Source of the DNA: Amoeboaphelidium occidentale
Taxonomy: Eukaryota
DNA: 20,000 nucleotides
Direction of reading: 5' to 3'
Assembly: GCA_023515795.1 (NCBI GenBank)
Contig: JALGPX010000055.1
Coordinates: 53,809 to 73,808, forward strand
The notes beneath the pieces are model-generated. The model was not told the origin of the DNA, searched no databases, and saw nothing but the letters and a program-made list of their open reading frames with translations. Each line of letters starts with the position of its first letter. Position 1 is the stretch's first letter. Positions 18,551 to 20,000 of the stretch are shown here, in pieces. Position numbers and translations under genes: made by a program.

Positions 18551-19855
18551 ATGCTTTTCTCATCTGTAGGAACAATGCCATCGATTATCAATACCGTACA
18601 AAAGAACTACGAGAAGATCAGCGACACATGCACCGCGATCAAGACCTTGGTGTCGCAACACGCAGAATCTGAAATTACCGCAGCCATCCAACATCATTTG
18701 GTCACACTCGACGTTGATGTCTCATCTGGCTCTCAGCAAATTGCTGCCATGATCACAGTCCTCCAACGTGATCAATCTTGGGCCAAACGCCAAGATCAAG
18801 AAGATGATGGCTCCTACGCAGATCGCCTCCTACTACACTTGTCTGAGATGGAATCCTCCATAAAATCCATCAAAGAAGAGCTTGATTACCAGAAAAGGTG
18901 TCACCAGGCCTGCCACAATGAAGTATACAAGTTGAGACAAGCCCTCCAAGCAATGACCGGAAAATCTCAAGACCTCAACTCTTATTCCTTCCTCCGCTTG
19001 AAGAATAAGGTCGCTGCTAAGTTAAAGAGATACATGGACTTCATGACAACTCTATCTGAAGGGTTGGCAGATCGCATTGGCCTTTTGAAAGCTGCTCAGG
19101 TTTCACTACCAGCTGAAACTGAACGTGAGCTAAGCGCAATCTGCGACAGTATTTCAAGGATGAGAAAGTCAATTGGCAGTGAAATCAAGGCTTTACATGG
19201 TAATTGACGCGCTTGTGGTAACTAATATGTAGCTACCAATAATACCAGTGAAGATTCCTCCGGTTCTCTGGTTGAAACAGTACAGCCAAGGTTAGATCTA
19301 TTTGAACGCGTCATGGACCTCGAGAGACAACTCGAAGCAGCTTCCAAAAACATGACATACTTTGAACCATCAAAAATGACTGAGAAAGACGCGTTGGACA
19401 TTGCTAGTAAAGTCCAAATGGAAGAGCCGTTCCCTTGCGAGTTGCTCGAAAGAAATGAGGTAAGCTCAATTGAAACAATGATTAATTTCTAGGATACGCA
19501 ATTACCTACAGAAATTGACACAGAAGCAGGCACTTCTGTAGATGTATTGATCACGCCGGAATCGGCATCTCTGGAGAACGCCACTGCTGAATTGGTTGAA
19601 CTCAAATCTGGTGACGACCAAGAGAAACCACTAGATAGCGCAACAGATTTAACAGAAAACACGAGCGAATCATTAGCACTGCCTCAACAGGAATCCTCAG
19701 AGAATCCTGAAAAAGAAGTTGCAGAGAAGGAAGCTGATATTGCAGCAGATTCAGCAACAGATCTTGACGACAGCCGTCCAACTGAAGAGGCCTTGAACAG
19801 CGTGGAAGAGAAAGGAAGCATTGAAAACAGAAGCTTTGATGCTGAAGAAAATGTA
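18551..19855 (+). CDS. Hypothetical coiled-coil protein with an acidic low-complexity C-terminal region; exons 18551 (or 18575)-19199, 19233-19459, 19493->19855, cut by an assembly N
   Basis: Two 33-nt GT-AG introns (19200-19232 with CTAAT; 19460-19492 with a GTAAGC donor) join track ORFs 18551..19207 and 19547.. in frame through an open middle exon (ATNNTSEDSSG...LLERNE). The start is uncertain: 18535-18569 could be a further intron. Confidence 0.75.
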
Positions 19856-19856
19856 N

Positions 19857-20000
19857 AAACTGAACGTGAGCTAAGCGCAATCTGCGACAGTATTTCAAGG
19901 ATGAGAAAGTCAATTGGCAGTGATATCAAGGCTTTACATGGTAATTGACGCGCTTGTGGTAACTAATATGTAGCTACCAATAATACCAGTGAAGATTCCT
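19857..20000. repeat. Re-start of 19116-19259 after N19856; probable second haplotype or contig overlap
   Basis: 144 bp visible, identical except A19183 vs T19924 (Glu/Asp). Confidence 0.9.

Noticed and set aside
1..20000. Alternative nuclear genetic code (TAA/TAG = Gln, known from one aphelid)
   Set aside because: Conserved genes end at TAA or TAG at their expected C-termini (RPL24, NDH-2, SMC6), and the long ORFs have no internal TAR codons.
19116..20000. Tandem gene duplication of the coiled-coil gene; hybrid ORF 19547..19948
   Set aside because: The junction is a single N and the copies differ by one SNP, which indicates an assembly join. The ORF tail TERELSAIC... is an artefactual fusion.

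Overview
Eukaryotic genomic DNA in the standard genetic code, very compact, with tiny 33-55 nt spliceosomal introns. It is most consistent with an early-diverging fungus or fungus relative (aphelid/rozellid/chytrid-like; inference only). Left end: the N-terminus of a Ser/Pro/Gln-rich ORF with a PAM2-like motif runs off the window; it may be a retroelement Gag behind a weak LTR candidate. Next is a degraded LRR-like pseudogene. A dense housekeeping block follows: cystinosin/Ers1, a divergent mitochondrial uL30m, type II NADH dehydrogenase (one GC-AG intron), SMC6 (2 introns), RPL24 (3 introns) and Niemann-Pick C1/Ncr1. After it come a 5'-truncated but otherwise intact Ty1/Copia LTR retrotransposon and an intron-containing coiled-coil/acidic orphan gene. 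Three N-junctions each sit between duplicated sequence, as expected when two haplotypes are scaffolded in tandem. I see no wholly new multi-gene system. The best leads are: (1) the Copia insertion appears polymorphic, with both empty and occupied sites present; (2) the Copia carries an exact 12-nt central copy of its polypurine-tract region; (3) SMC6 has a canonical PCNA-binding PIP-box in an insertion in its ATPase head.
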